A program made the translations under genes and the position numbers. From Chloropicon primus (Eukaryota), in the NCBI GenBank assembly GCA_023205875.1, contig CP060754.1, positions 434,001 through 498,000 on the forward strand: DNA of 64,000 nt, given 5' to 3'. Within the stretch, counting starts at the first letter, position 1. Each line of letters starts with the position of its first letter. Of the stretch, positions 28,489 to 39,438 are shown piece by piece. The notes beneath the pieces are model-generated. The model worked only from the letters and a program-made list of their open reading frames with translations, had not been told where the DNA came from and did no database searches.

Positions 28489-29937
28489 TCACGAGTAGCC
28501 CCTCAGATCTCTGGACTCGAGCACCTTTGAGAGCGCCAGCATGAATGCCGCGGTTCTCATGGTCACGTTCTTGGTCTGGTGAATATCCCAGATCTGCTCG
28601 AACGAGTCTCTCATCTTCTCCTCAAGCTTTTGGTTGACTTCGGCCTCCGACCACTTGAACTCCTGCATGTTCTGCACCCACTCCATGTAACTCACTGCCA
28701 CACCTCCTCCGTTGGCATAAATATCAGGAAGAATCTTGATTCCCCTTTCGTTCAGCACATTGTCTCCCTCTGGCCTGGTTGGCCCGTTCGCGGCCTCGAC
28801 GATGTACTTGCACTTCATTTTCTGCGCCACGGAGTCGTCGATGACGGCACCAAGAGCGGCGGGGATGAAGACGTCGCACTCCACCTCGAAGATGGTCTCG
28901 CCAGGAATGATCGAGTTTCCAGAGTGCGCGTACTCTAGAATGCTCTTCCCCTCGCCAACGTGCTTGACGAGGCCCTTGATGTCGATGCCGTCCTTGTTGT
29001 AGAGGCAGCCATCAATGTCGCTCACGCCCACCACCTTGCCCCCGTGCTCCTCAAGGAGCTTGACGGCGTGGCTTCCGACGTTTCCGAAACCTTGGATCGC
29101 GAAGGTCTTCCCCTCGATGCTGCCGTAGCCATCTGCCTCGAGGAGGTTCCTTATCGCGTAGAAGACTCCCCTTCCAGTGGCAGCCTCCCTTCCGAGACTT
29201 CCGTGGAGGTTCACGGGCTTTCCGGTCACCACGGCTGGGGAGAACCCCATGTACTTGGAGTACTCGTCGAAGAACCAGGCCATCTCCCGGGCTCCCGTGT
29301 TCATGTCGGGCGCGGGGATGTCGGAGTGAGGTCCGATGACCCCGCGGAAGCTGTGAACGAGCTTCCTGGTGAGCTTCTCCAACTCGTTCTCGCTCAACGT
29401 GGACGGGTCCACGGTGACTCCGCCCTTCGCCCCGCCGAACGGGATGTCCATCACGGCCGTTTTCCTGTTGTTGTTTCAGAATGGAGGCAGGGCAGAGAAA
29501 AACCTTGTCAGTCAGCCCGGAGAGAGACAGAGAGAGAGAGAGAGAGGAGTCGAAAGGAAGACCATGTCATCAGGGACTCACCATGTCATCAGGGACGCCA
29601 GGGACCTCACGTCGTCGAGGTCACATTGGGGGTGGTAGCGAATACCGCCCTTGTACGGCCCGCGGGCGTTGTCGTGCTGGACCCGATAGGCCTCGAACGT
29701 CTGGATCTCGTTGTTGTCATTGAGGATGGTCAACTGCACGCACAACTCCCTGCGCGGAGTCACCAGCGCCTTCTCGAACCGCTGCGGGAGGTTGAGCTCC
29801 TTCAGGGCCTGCTGAATGTAGGTGTTGGTGTCCTGGGCGTGCGAGGAGAGCGACCTCGCCCACGCCTGGCCCAAGCATGCCGCCACCGGGGCCGTGACCC
29901 CCCGAAAACCCGCCAAATGCAACGCAGATGTCAACAT
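28489..29937 (-). CDS. GDH: Glutamate dehydrogenase (mitochondrial); intron 29465-29581
   Basis: YRVQHDNARGPYKGGIRYHP, MTWKTAV after splicing, PFGGAKGG, DIPAPDM, IQGFGNVG, EAANGP. Confidence 0.95.
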
Positions 29938-30325
29938 GTCACTTTGCCTTTTTTTTTAAGACCCAAAACCCTTCGCCCAAGCGCGCTCAGCTCCCTTCCT
30001 GGCCCGAAACCCGTCCCCGCGGCTCCCTGCGTCTGACCCCCGTCGCCTCGGTCGAACCTCTCGTCGTCCAACCTCTGTCGCGTCAATCGTCGTCCCTTCT
30101 GCCTAAACCGGCTGACGAAGCGCAGATTCCGCTGCCTAGTCATCTTTTTAGGTCAATCTCCAGGTCAGGGAAGGGTGACTAAGACGACGCAGATCTTGAG
30201 ATCCCATACCCGTTTTTGGGTATACTTGATGCAGAAGGAAAAAGGGCCAAGTGAGGGGAACCAATGTTACAAAAAAGTCCAGTCAAGTTTCCTTTTTATT
30301 GCCCCGCCTTCCACCCCTCGCTCCC

Positions 30326-31921
30326 TCAGGGGTCGGCCCAGGCGGGGTGCTGGCTGTCGATGGTCCTCAGGGCCTGCCAGACCGCGGAGTTGCACTTGAA
30401 CCCGCTGCCAAAGGCGATCTGCCACACGCGGTCGCCGTAGCCGACCTGGCCCTCGTGCTCCGACCAGGCGAGCTCGTACCAGATCGACGCGGAGGAGGTG
30501 TTGCCGTAGTGGAAGAGGGCCTGCCTCGAGGGCCTCACGAGGTCATCGGTGAGCTTGAGGTTCTCCTGGAGGGCGTCGATCACCCCCCTGCCGCCCGCGT
30601 GGATACAAAAGTGGTCGAAAGCCTTCTTGAAGTCCGGGATGTAGGCCTTGATCTTCAGCTTGAGGACCTTCCTCTGCACGAGGTTGAGGAAGAACCTTGC
30701 CTGCTCCGTCAGGGGCAGCACGAGGGGCCCGAGGGTGGTAATATTAACTTTCAGGGACTCCCCCGCGATCGCCATCAGGCTCTTGTCCAGCTTGACCCCC
30801 ACGATGCCGTCGGGGTCCTCCTTCTGGAACACGCAGTTGTAGGACGCGTCGTCCGCGCCCTTGTGGGTGCGAACCACGTGAAGCAGCTGGTACTTGGCCC
30901 TCCAGTAGTCCCTCCTCTTGTTGGAGAGGAGCGAGGCCGCGCCGCCCACGCGGAACAGCATGTTGGGGATCAACATGCTCTTCTGGGTCCCGAGGTAAAA
31001 GTTCTGGGTGATGTTCTCCGTGCTCACCACGAGGGCGTTCGCGTTCTTGTGGTGCTGGAGCAGGTCCCTGGCCAGGTTGACCGCGATCACCCCCGCGCTG
31101 CAGCCCATTCCGGACAGGTTGTACGACTGGATGTTGCTCCTCATCTTGAACTTGTTCACGATCATCGCGGTCATGGACGGGGTCGGGTTGAACAGGCTGC
31201 AGTTGACGATGAGGATGTCGATGTCCTTGGGCTTGACCCCAGTCTTCCCCAGCAGGTCCTCCACCAGCGTGAAGAGCACGACCTCAGCCTCCTTCCTCGA
31301 GTTCTCCAGGGTCGCCTCCTGGGACAGGTCGGTGATCCCGGGCGGCAAGTAGGTCCCCTCCGCGGTCACCCCGGCGTTCTTCTGGATCTTGTGCAGCATG
31401 AAGTCCATCGAGCTCTGCACGACATCCTTCTTGTGGTTCTTCGACAGCCTGAACCTGGCCAAGTGCGTCAGCTCCTTGATGCTCACCTTCCAGTCCTTGG
31501 GCGGGTGGAGCACCGAGAAGTCGACGAGGTACACCGGGGTCCTCCTGGCGAACAGGTAGGCCGCGACCCCGAAGGCGAGGGCCACCGAGAGCGCGATCGT
31601 GTGGAGCATGCTGCCCTGGACCTGCGTCTTCACCGCGGTCTCCCACAGGTTGGAGATCTCGCCGGACTCGGTCATCCGAAGGAGCTGGACCCCCACCGCC
31701 GCGAGGCCCACGAGGGTCGCGAACACGAACAAGTTCCTCGACAGGAGCCGGTACCCGTGCCTCACGTACTTCATCGCGACTTCCGCCCGGAAGTCCGGCA
31801 GGCTCAGCAACAGCCTCCTGCGGGGGGACCCGGACCTCGACCACTCGCTCCCGCTCCCCTCGGAGTCCGAGGACGAGGAGGAGCCCCCGCTCCTCGCTGG
31901 ATACCCAGCGCGCAACGACAT
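30326..31921 (-). CDS. KCS: 3-ketoacyl-CoA synthase (FAE1/KCS very-long-chain fatty acid elongase)
   Basis: VNCSLFNPTPS, NLSGMGCSAG, FCIHAGGRGVID, GNTSSASIWYEL, WQIAFGSGFKCNSAVW. Confidence 0.95.
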   Translation of the reverse strand: MSLRAGYPARSGGSSSSSDSEGSGSEWSRSGSPRRRLLLSLPDFRAEVAMKYVRHGYRLLSRNLFVFATLVGLAAVGVQLLRMTESGEISNLWETAVKTQVQGSMLHTIALSVALAFGVAAYLFARRTPVYLVDFSVLHPPKDWKVSIKELTHLARFRLSKNHKKDVVQSSMDFMLHKIQKNAGVTAEGTYLPPGITDLSQEATLENSRKEAEVVLFTLVEDLLGKTGVKPKDIDILIVNCSLFNPTPSMTAMIVNKFKMRSNIQSYNLSGMGCSAGVIAVNLARDLLQHHKNANALVVSTENITQNFYLGTQKSMLIPNMLFRVGGAASLLSNKRRDYWRAKYQLLHVVRTHKGADDASYNCVFQKEDPDGIVGVKLDKSLMAIAGESLKVNITTLGPLVLPLTEQARFFLNLVQRKVLKLKIKAYIPDFKKAFDHFCIHAGGRGVIDALQENLKLTDDLVRPSRQALFHYGNTSSASIWYELAWSEHEGQVGYGDRVWQIAFGSGFKCNSAVWQALRTIDSQHPAWADP

Positions 31922-32434
31922 GACTGCTCTCTTTCACTCGCTCCGCTCCGACGACAACGACGACGCGATTCCGCGATGATTCCGTCTCCCGAAAGCCCCC
32001 GAAAGCCGCCCGCGCCGCCCGTGACCACCCGCTCGCTCGCTCTCCGACCCTCGATCTGGCTCCGCGAGCAGCGTTACAGTAGTGTGTGATCTGATGCGAC
32101 CCCCTGAGCCGTCCACTCCAGCCCAGGCCCTCCTCTTTCTGTGATCAAATTTTATCGGAAAGGTGGGATTTCCACTCGCGACGAGCCCGAAGGAGGAGGG
32201 AGGTCGTCCCAAGGGAAGGAAACAGAAAGCAGAAAGAGAAGCAGAAGCAGAAGCGAAGCAGTCACGATTATGGTTGGGATTGCCTTATTTACTTGGCGCG
32301 CCAAGCGCCCGCCCTCCTCTGCGTTGTCCCAAAGTTCAAGAAGCAGTCAGTTTGCCCCGGGCGTTACCCTCCTGTCCTGCCTGGCCATCCTCCGTCGTGG
32401 TCCAACGCGCGCAAAATAATGCTCCTCCCCGCGC

Positions 32435-34675
32435 TCAGTCCTCCCCAGGGTCCTCCATCACGTACCGCCCGGACCGCCTGTCGTAGTACAGGGTGCAGTC
32501 CCCGATGTGGCCCGCGGCCTTGTTCCTGACCTTCCTCACGAAAATCTGGGCCGCCCTCATGGAGGCCGGGTCGCTCGTGTCCCTGCTCCTGTGGATGACG
32601 AGGCCGTTGTCCGCCTTGTTGATGAAGTGGGCCGACCCGCTGATGTCGTACAGGTCGGGGGCCTCGCCCTTCCAGTTCTGCAGCTGCTTGGGGTGGGCCA
32701 CGAACCACACGTGGCAGTCGTAGTGCTGGGCGAAGCGCTTGATCTTCGTGAGCATCTGGCTCACGTACTCCGTCTCCGACCGGCTGTCCGGCCTCTGGTG
32801 GTCCAGCTCGTTGTACGGGTCGATCACCAGGCCCCTAATGCCGTACCTCATGACGGCCGCCTTGCCGATGTCCAGAATCCAGTCGATGTTGGGCAGCATC
32901 TCGTCCTCGTGCCTGATGAGGAAGAACCTCTCGCTGAGCCACTCCAGACCGGCCTCCACCTCCTCCTGCGACATCCTCTTCTCCCCGCGGGCGTAAGGGG
33001 CGTCGAAGAAGGGCTTGCCGACGTGCTTCTCCAGAAGCTGCCTGCCGTGCTCCCGCACCTTCTTCTCCATGCTGCACAGGGCGAAGCACCACCCGGAGTT
33101 GGTGGCGATGTTGTACAAGAGAGCGTCTATCCACTCGCTCTTTCCCGAGTTCGGCACGCCGGTGACGATGGTCAGCTCCCCCGGGACGACCCTGTAGCAC
33201 TCGTCGACGTTCGACCACCCCGTGGAGACCCCCCTCCTCTCGTCCGCGTCCTTGAGACCGTAGTAGCTCAAGATGTCGTCCTGGAACATCTTGAAGTCGA
33301 AGAGCCCCCTGATGGGGAAGGCCTCCGGGGCGTCGAGGACCGCCTGCATGCCCGCGACCCCGTGCCTCTGGAGCGTGTCGTTGGCGTCCTTGCAGCCCTC
33401 CGGCCACTTGAGCGACCAGCACCTCTCCTTGCCAAGCCTGCGGGCGAGCTCCTCCCCGAGTGCCTGCCCGGGCTCGTCCGAGTCCGTGCCGATCAAGATC
33501 CTCGACGCGTAGTCGAGCTGAGTCCTGCAGTTCCAGATGTACGAGAACTTCTTGTCCTCCTCGGCGGAGGCGGGCACCCCGTTCTCCGAGACCTTGCTCG
33601 GAGCCCCGTCCGGCACGGACACGCAGTTGCTGAACCCCGCCTGCTGCAGAGCCAGCTTGTCGCACTCCCCCTCCACGATGATGATCGTGCTCTCGTTGAC
33701 GATGTCGTCCAGGCCGAACAAGACTTTCTTGGCGCCCTTGACCTGCCAGAAGACCTTCTCGTCCGCCAGCCTGTACTTGATGTTCACGAGCTCCCCGTTC
33801 TCGTAGTACGGAAAGGCCACCGCCAGGGCGTTGTGGCCCTTCTGCGGGCACATCGTCCACTCGGCCTGCACCTTGCTCCTGTCCAGAGTCTCCTTGCTGA
33901 TCCCCCTCTTGGTGAAGAAGTGGAGAACCTGGGGCGGAAGCACGGGCAGGAACTTCGGGCGCGGCACGGCATAGCTGTCCTTCTTGCTCCCGCGCAGAGG
34001 CACCAGGTTCTGGTCGGGCAGGCCCCCCTGCTTCGACTTGGGGGAGCTCGACGAGCCCGCAAAGTTCCCGCTCCCCCCCCGGAAGCCGCAAGACCCCCGG
34101 AAGCAGTGGTACACGAACTCCCCGTCCTCCTTGATGGTGACGCTCAGGCTCTTCTCCTTGTCGGTCCCCCCGAGGCACTTGGGGCAGGACGTCCTCTGCG
34201 TGCCCGGGCCGTACTGGCTGAGGTTGATCCCGGCCTCCAGGAGCATGTCTCGCACCGGCACGGCCACCGGCCTGCCACCCCCCTGCTGCCGCCGATTCCC
34301 CGCGCCCCTCTGCTGAAAGTCCCCAACCAACTGCTGCGAGGCCCCGGACGGCTTCCTCGCGGACCCCCCGCCGTAGCTGCCTCCTCCCCTTCCTCCAGGC
34401 CCCCCCGCGCTCTGGGCGTTCTGGGCGTTCTGGTACTGGTTTCGATAAGGGCTCGGCTTGCTCGCCGCCCGCGGCCTGATCTGCTGCTGCTTCCAGCCCC
34501 CATTTCCCGATGGCGGCCTCGAGCCACTCCCGCCAGAGGACGCGGCGCACCTGAAGGGTACCCTCGCCATCCCAATTCTTCGCGGCAGGAGGCCGAGCGC
34601 AGAAGAATTCTTGCGTCTTCCGATCGTCGCAACGTTCTGCAGGCAGAGAAGCACCCCGAGAACACCTCTACTCAT
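32435..34675 (-). CDS. Twinkle-like organellar DNA primase-helicase
   Basis: Zn finger CPKC...YHCFRGSCG, TOPRIM IVEGECDKLA and KDAND, Walker A TGVPNSGKS, VIDPYNEL, ISGSAHF. Confidence 0.93.
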   Translation of the reverse strand: MSRGVLGVLLCLQNVATIGRRKNSSALGLLPRRIGMARVPFRCAASSGGSGSRPPSGNGGWKQQQIRPRAASKPSPYRNQYQNAQNAQSAGGPGGRGGGSYGGGSARKPSGASQQLVGDFQQRGAGNRRQQGGGRPVAVPVRDMLLEAGINLSQYGPGTQRTSCPKCLGGTDKEKSLSVTIKEDGEFVYHCFRGSCGFRGGSGNFAGSSSSPKSKQGGLPDQNLVPLRGSKKDSYAVPRPKFLPVLPPQVLHFFTKRGISKETLDRSKVQAEWTMCPQKGHNALAVAFPYYENGELVNIKYRLADEKVFWQVKGAKKVLFGLDDIVNESTIIIVEGECDKLALQQAGFSNCVSVPDGAPSKVSENGVPASAEEDKKFSYIWNCRTQLDYASRILIGTDSDEPGQALGEELARRLGKERCWSLKWPEGCKDANDTLQRHGVAGMQAVLDAPEAFPIRGLFDFKMFQDDILSYYGLKDADERRGVSTGWSNVDECYRVVPGELTIVTGVPNSGKSEWIDALLYNIATNSGWCFALCSMEKKVREHGRQLLEKHVGKPFFDAPYARGEKRMSQEEVEAGLEWLSERFFLIRHEDEMLPNIDWILDIGKAAVMRYGIRGLVIDPYNELDHQRPDSRSETEYVSQMLTKIKRFAQHYDCHVWFVAHPKQLQNWKGEAPDLYDISGSAHFINKADNGLVIHRSRDTSDPASMRAAQIFVRKVRNKAAGHIGDCTLYYDRRSGRYVMEDPGED

Positions 34676-34984
34676 TCCAACACCACGCGTGGCATGTGTT
34701 TTTTGTGCCCGTCGCGCGCGTGCGTCCCGAGTCAAGCCAAGCCAAGCAAGCTAAGCAACTCCTCTCCTCCTCCTCCTCCTCCTGGTCGGTCTCGGTCTTC
34801 TTCTTCCCCCCCCGGTCTCTCGGCTCTGTCCAGGCTCCCAGCCGGGGAAAATCCAAAATCCTTGGGCATAACGCTTCAGACGAGGGGACGGCGGTGATCG
34901 AGACAGAGTGAGAGTTTTTGCGCGTTCCGTTGGTTGCGACGAGTGGGTGGGGTGATTGATTGCGCAGGCGCAGGCACCGGCGGC

Positions 34985-35806
34985 ATGAGTTTCCTGAAGA
35001 AGAAGTATTCGTTGACGACCGCCCTCGCGGAGAAGCTCAGGCTCACGTCGTTGTCGTCTTCGGGCTCGAAGAAGGGTTCTGTGTACGCGGAGGAGTACGT
35101 GAGCGACGAGGAGGCGTCGGCCCGGGACTCTCTCTCGCCCTCGGCGGACGAGGACGCGAAGTTCAAGAGGGAGGCCAAGACGAAGGCGAGGTACCCCGTG
35201 GAGCTCGACCTCTCGGAGGTGGACGGGCGCCTGGGCACGCCGCTGTCCTTCGTGGGCGCGGGCCTGCGCTCGGAGACCTTCATGACGGTGGAGTTCTGGA
35301 TCTACACCATCGGCCTGTACGTGGAGCCCTCCAAGACCTTCTCCGCGCTGGGGAAGTACGCGGGCTGCGAGGCGGGGACCCTCCACGGGAACAGGGACTT
35401 CTGCGAGGACCTCATCGCCATGAAGGACGTCACGAGGGTGCTGAGGTTCGTGATCACCCTGCCGGGCCTCAAGGCCGGGATCGTCGTGTCTCAGTTCGAC
35501 AAGGTCCTGCTCCCCAAGATGAAGAAGAAGGGGAAGGAGGACAACTACAGGTTCATCATGGAGAACATGGGGAAGGCAAAGTTCAAGAAGGGCACCAAGA
35601 TGCTCCTGACCCTCGGCGGGGACGGCACGGTCACCTGCATCTGCGACGGGGAGGTCCTCGGCTCGGTGACCTGCCAGACTCTGTGCCGATCGATCATGGA
35701 GATCTATGTTGGCGACTCCCCGGTCTCGGAGGACATCAAGGAGAAGATCTGCAACGGTCTTCACGCAACCGTCTTGCAGGAGGAGAAGAAGGGGGAAGAG
35801 GAGTGA
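34985..35806 (+). CDS. Chalcone-isomerase-fold (fatty-acid-binding-like) protein
   Basis: LSFVGAGLRSE...IYTIGLYV and LCRSIMEIYVGDSPVSEDIK motifs of the CHI-like fold. Confidence 0.75.
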   Translation: MSFLKKKYSLTTALAEKLRLTSLSSSGSKKGSVYAEEYVSDEEASARDSLSPSADEDAKFKREAKTKARYPVELDLSEVDGRLGTPLSFVGAGLRSETFMTVEFWIYTIGLYVEPSKTFSALGKYAGCEAGTLHGNRDFCEDLIAMKDVTRVLRFVITLPGLKAGIVVSQFDKVLLPKMKKKGKEDNYRFIMENMGKAKFKKGTKMLLTLGGDGTVTCICDGEVLGSVTCQTLCRSIMEIYVGDSPVSEDIKEKICNGLHATVLQEEKKGEEE

Positions 35807-35906
35807 GAGGACTCGGCGACCCTTTCCAACGCCTCACGCACACAAACAAACAAACAAACAATGATTCTTTTTGTATTTGCGTCGCAGGACCTCTGGCACT
35901 CTTATT

Positions 35907-37230
35907 CTATCTCAGCTTCGGCTTCTTCGAACTTCCTCCCTCCTCGCTCTCCGCCATGCCGTCGAAATCATCCTCGAAGTCGATCTCCCCGTGGGCCTCC
36001 CTCTCGAGCATGATTTCGAGGGCCTCGTCCAGCATGTCGTCCTCGTCGCTCTCGGCGTCGTCGGCTTGGTCCGACTGCCCCGCCGCCGCGTCCTCGTGCT
36101 CCTGGACCGCCCTCGCGAACTCCTTCTTCGTGTTCACGAAATAGTCCTCGTCGAACAGAGCGCTGTCGCCCGAGAAGACTTTGTAGAACGAGTAGAACAG
36201 CTGCTTCTCCGTGGGAAACCTTTCAAAGTACGATATCATTTGGGCGCACACCAGGGCCAGCCTGACCCGGAAGCCCGGCAGCTTCGACCCAGCCTGCAAC
36301 TTCTCCTGGCCCCTGAGGTAAGGCTTCTCGTACGCGGGATCAGAGAAGCCGATGGATATGGACAGCCTCGGCGACTCGGGCGTCCCCCTCTCCGCCTCCT
36401 TGGCCGTCGCCCTTCTACCTTGGGAGCCCCCTGCGTTGCCAAAGTTCAAAGGACGAGCGAGCAGTCAGCAAAGTGCGTCAGTGTGATCATCGCAAGGATC
36501 AGCAGCAGACGCCACGCGCGCGAGAAAACTTACAGTGAATGATCCTGTGCGTGAACAGGAGAGCCCCGCCGGGGTCCGTTGGTAGGGCCCTGATGTGCTG
36601 GTACGCTTCCTTGTTCGGAAGGGCCACGGCCAAGGGGTCCTTCCCACCCTCGTCGTCCCCCTTCACGTACCCGGGGTCGTGCTGCCGAGGAATGACGTGG
36701 AGGCAGCTATTGTCAGGACTCGCCCTGGTGAGGGGCACCCAGCACGTCGTGTACATTGCCATGCCGCACTCGCGAAACGTCGCGCTCGCGTCGTCAGGTT
36801 GCCGGTCCCTGTGCGGCGAGAACCCGCCCTCCCCCGCCTCCTGGTTCACGTTCCAGGCAAGCATGTCGTACGAGATCTCGTTCTCCCCAACCGACCGCAT
36901 AAGAGTCGCCATCCTCGCAGCCAGGACCCAAGCGTCATCGTAGAGGAAGATAAAGGAGGCGGGCCAGCCGTGCTCCTTCAAAGTCTCGATCCCCTTTCTG
37001 ATCCTGCCGAAGGACTCGTCATTTAGAGGGCACAACTTCCCGGGCGCGAGCTGGCAGTACCCTTCATCGATAATGCGCTCCCGGGCGATCTGCACGTCGG
37101 TCTCGTCCACGGAGTCCAGGCTCAGCTCCTCCTCCGTGAAGCGTCTCTCGCCGTCCGGGCTTATTTTCAGACCCTCGGCGAGGTCCTGCCAGTACTCGCG
37201 GTCCTCCAGCCTCTTCGATTTGCTCTCCAT
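35907..37230 (-). CDS. Phytanoyl-CoA dioxygenase (PhyH)-family 2OG-Fe(II) oxygenase; intron 36431-36533
   Basis: GFSPHRD (HxD), TCWVPLT...NSCLHVIP, and after splicing IIHWGS...PRLSISIGF. Confidence 0.8.
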
Positions 37231-37471
37231 CTTGGCTCGGTTGCGCTCGCCTCGATTTTCTTCATCTTGCTCGTTCGTTCCCCCGACCGATCGAAATTTT
37301 CGAGAGAGAGGAATTTTGGAAATGGAAACAAACGCCAGCGTTACCAACGAGGTGCGTTGATCACCGAAGTTCTCCGATGGAGGGGCAGGGGCGATCGGAG
37401 GCAGCAGTTTTGGGCGGAGAGGGCGCCCGCCAACGACAAGGCGTGCCTACCGATCGCTCCAGTCGTGCGCG

Positions 37472-39385
37472 ATGACGGCGCGACAGAACATCCTGTTCGT
37501 GATCTCGGAGGCGATGATCAGGGACAATGCGACCTCCTCTCTCGCTCTTTGGCCGACCATGTACGTGGGCCTCGCGAAGAGCCTGGAGGAGAGGGGGCAC
37601 CAGTGCCACTTTGTGGTCTCGTCGTTCGACAGGGCCGGGGCGCTCGTGCAAAGGCAGCTCGAGGCGGCGTCCCTGAGCGTGACGGCGGTGCGGAGGAATT
37701 CCAGAGACGGCGTGGGCGATCTGGCCTCCGCCCTCGCGAGGGAGGCGCTCGCACGTGCCTCCCACGGCGACGGCGGCGATGACGGCGACCTGGAGACGGG
37801 GCTCTGGGTCGATCCCACGGCAGGCAAGAGGAGCGTCACGGTGTCCACCTACTTCGAGCAGCACTTCGTGAGCGAAGCGATTCGACTCCTGATGGTCTGC
37901 GCCGACTTCCGGCCCACGACGATCGTCGCGGGGGAGAACTCCCTGCACCTGGCTGCTCCGGCGGGGCTCAAGTACGATGCCCCCCTGCTCCTGGTCGAGA
38001 CGAGCGGCCCCCTCCTGTCCATGAGCTCCAAGTACAAGAGGGAGACGCCACAGCTGAGCAAGTGCCACCAGGCCGTCTACATTCACGGGGCGCTGAGGGA
38101 GAAGAAGCAGGTGGAACTGGCGAACCTCCTGGTCAAGTGCCTGGCCTTGGGCAAGCCCTTCACCGGCAACGAGTGGAAGAAGATGAAGCACTACCTCAAG
38201 AAGATGTACCTGACGAGCGAACTGAACTTCTGCCCCGAGACCGAGCTCTCGAGCCTGAGGGACCTGAAAGACCAATCCGAGTTTTGCTTTGATTTCCTCT
38301 TCGGCGCTTCCTTCTGCCGGAAGCGAGTCTTCAACACGTGCGCAAGCGCGGCCTCTGTCCTGGCGGAGGGGGAGGCAGTCGAGGCAGCCATCGTGCCCTC
38401 GGAGCTGGAATCGCCGGACAGCTCCCACGAGCTCTCCCGCAGCTCGTCCTCCCTGCCCTTGGAGCAGTTCCTTGCATTCGGTGCTCCCGTGATAGGAATA
38501 TGGATCGACGTTCAAGCTATCGCAAGCCAGCTTGGCGCCAAGACGCCTCGGCAGCTGAAGCAGTGCATCAAGGAGGTGAGCCAGCTCGTACTTGGCGCCC
38601 TCGCCGACTTGCAGTTCAAGGCCTTGGTGCTGCACTATTCCCAAGAGTCGGACAGGAACTCGTTTGAGACCGGCCTGGAGTTGCTGGACGATGATTCCCT
38701 CCTGTCGCACTCGGATGTGCTTGACTTTGCTGAAGAGCACGTCAAGGAGGTCACGGTTGGATCACCACGAGAGGCCATTAAAGTGCTCAGCAGGTGCAAG
38801 GCCATCGTGCACAACGGCAATTTGAGCAACATCACAGCGGTTTCCCACTTGGGAATTCCTTCCGTGATCATTCCCACTCCGTATTTTGCCAAGGGCCTTG
38901 AGGTCGACTACAAGACTGCCCAACTCGCTCTGCAGGAGCATCACTTGGCGAAGACTCTGGAGGCGCTGGGAACCGCAACGGTGACCTGTGCATTTGCGAG
39001 TCTGTCGAGACTTGTTCTGGCAACTCACCTGAGAAGGGCCGCCCAAGACGAGGGCATGAATCTCAAAGCACTTGACCTTGCACGAAAGCTCGGAGCGAAG
39101 GACTCCTTGGCGGATGCCGTCAGCCTGATTGAGGACACGATCAGGGAGTTCTGTGTCATCTCTGATCAAGCGAAAACGGCGGAAGAGGGCGTGGAAAGCG
39201 TGTCATCATCCTACTTGTACCTCAGTTGCGATGATTTGCAGCGGCAAGGGGTTACGACTGGGAGCATCAATTGCTCGAAGCACGTCTACAACATTCCCTA
39301 CTTTCTGCGGCTGGAATGGACTGTCAGGGAGGGTGAAGACAAGTTCAGGTTCAAGAGTCTCAAGGGTCACGGGCAGCTCGCGTAG
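37472..39385 (+). CDS. Divergent GT-B fold glycosyltransferase-like protein (GT1/sterol glucosyltransferase-like)
   Basis: GLAKSLEERGHQCHFV N-terminal motif; CKAIVHNGNLSNITAVSHLGIPSVIIP resembles the UDP-sugar-binding signature. Confidence 0.6.
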   Translation: MTARQNILFVISEAMIRDNATSSLALWPTMYVGLAKSLEERGHQCHFVVSSFDRAGALVQRQLEAASLSVTAVRRNSRDGVGDLASALAREALARASHGDGGDDGDLETGLWVDPTAGKRSVTVSTYFEQHFVSEAIRLLMVCADFRPTTIVAGENSLHLAAPAGLKYDAPLLLVETSGPLLSMSSKYKRETPQLSKCHQAVYIHGALREKKQVELANLLVKCLALGKPFTGNEWKKMKHYLKKMYLTSELNFCPETELSSLRDLKDQSEFCFDFLFGASFCRKRVFNTCASAASVLAEGEAVEAAIVPSELESPDSSHELSRSSSSLPLEQFLAFGAPVIGIWIDVQAIASQLGAKTPRQLKQCIKEVSQLVLGALADLQFKALVLHYSQESDRNSFETGLELLDDDSLLSHSDVLDFAEEHVKEVTVGSPREAIKVLSRCKAIVHNGNLSNITAVSHLGIPSVIIPTPYFAKGLEVDYKTAQLALQEHHLAKTLEALGTATVTCAFASLSRLVLATHLRRAAQDEGMNLKALDLARKLGAKDSLADAVSLIEDTIREFCVISDQAKTAEEGVESVSSSYLYLSCDDLQRQGVTTGSINCSKHVYNIPYFLRLEWTVREGEDKFRFKSLKGHGQLA

Positions 39386-39438
39386 TAATTTATATACGAT
39401 TCAATGTACACTTTTTCGTTTCCCCCCGTACCGTAGTC

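Noticed and set aside
30251..34897. Very long antisense ORFs (612 aa at 30251-32089, 796 aa at 32507-34897, and others opposite GDH, DUS3, the desaturase and WDR33)
   Set aside because: Mirror frames of GC3-rich genes, which lack stop codons on the opposite strand; no recognisable motifs
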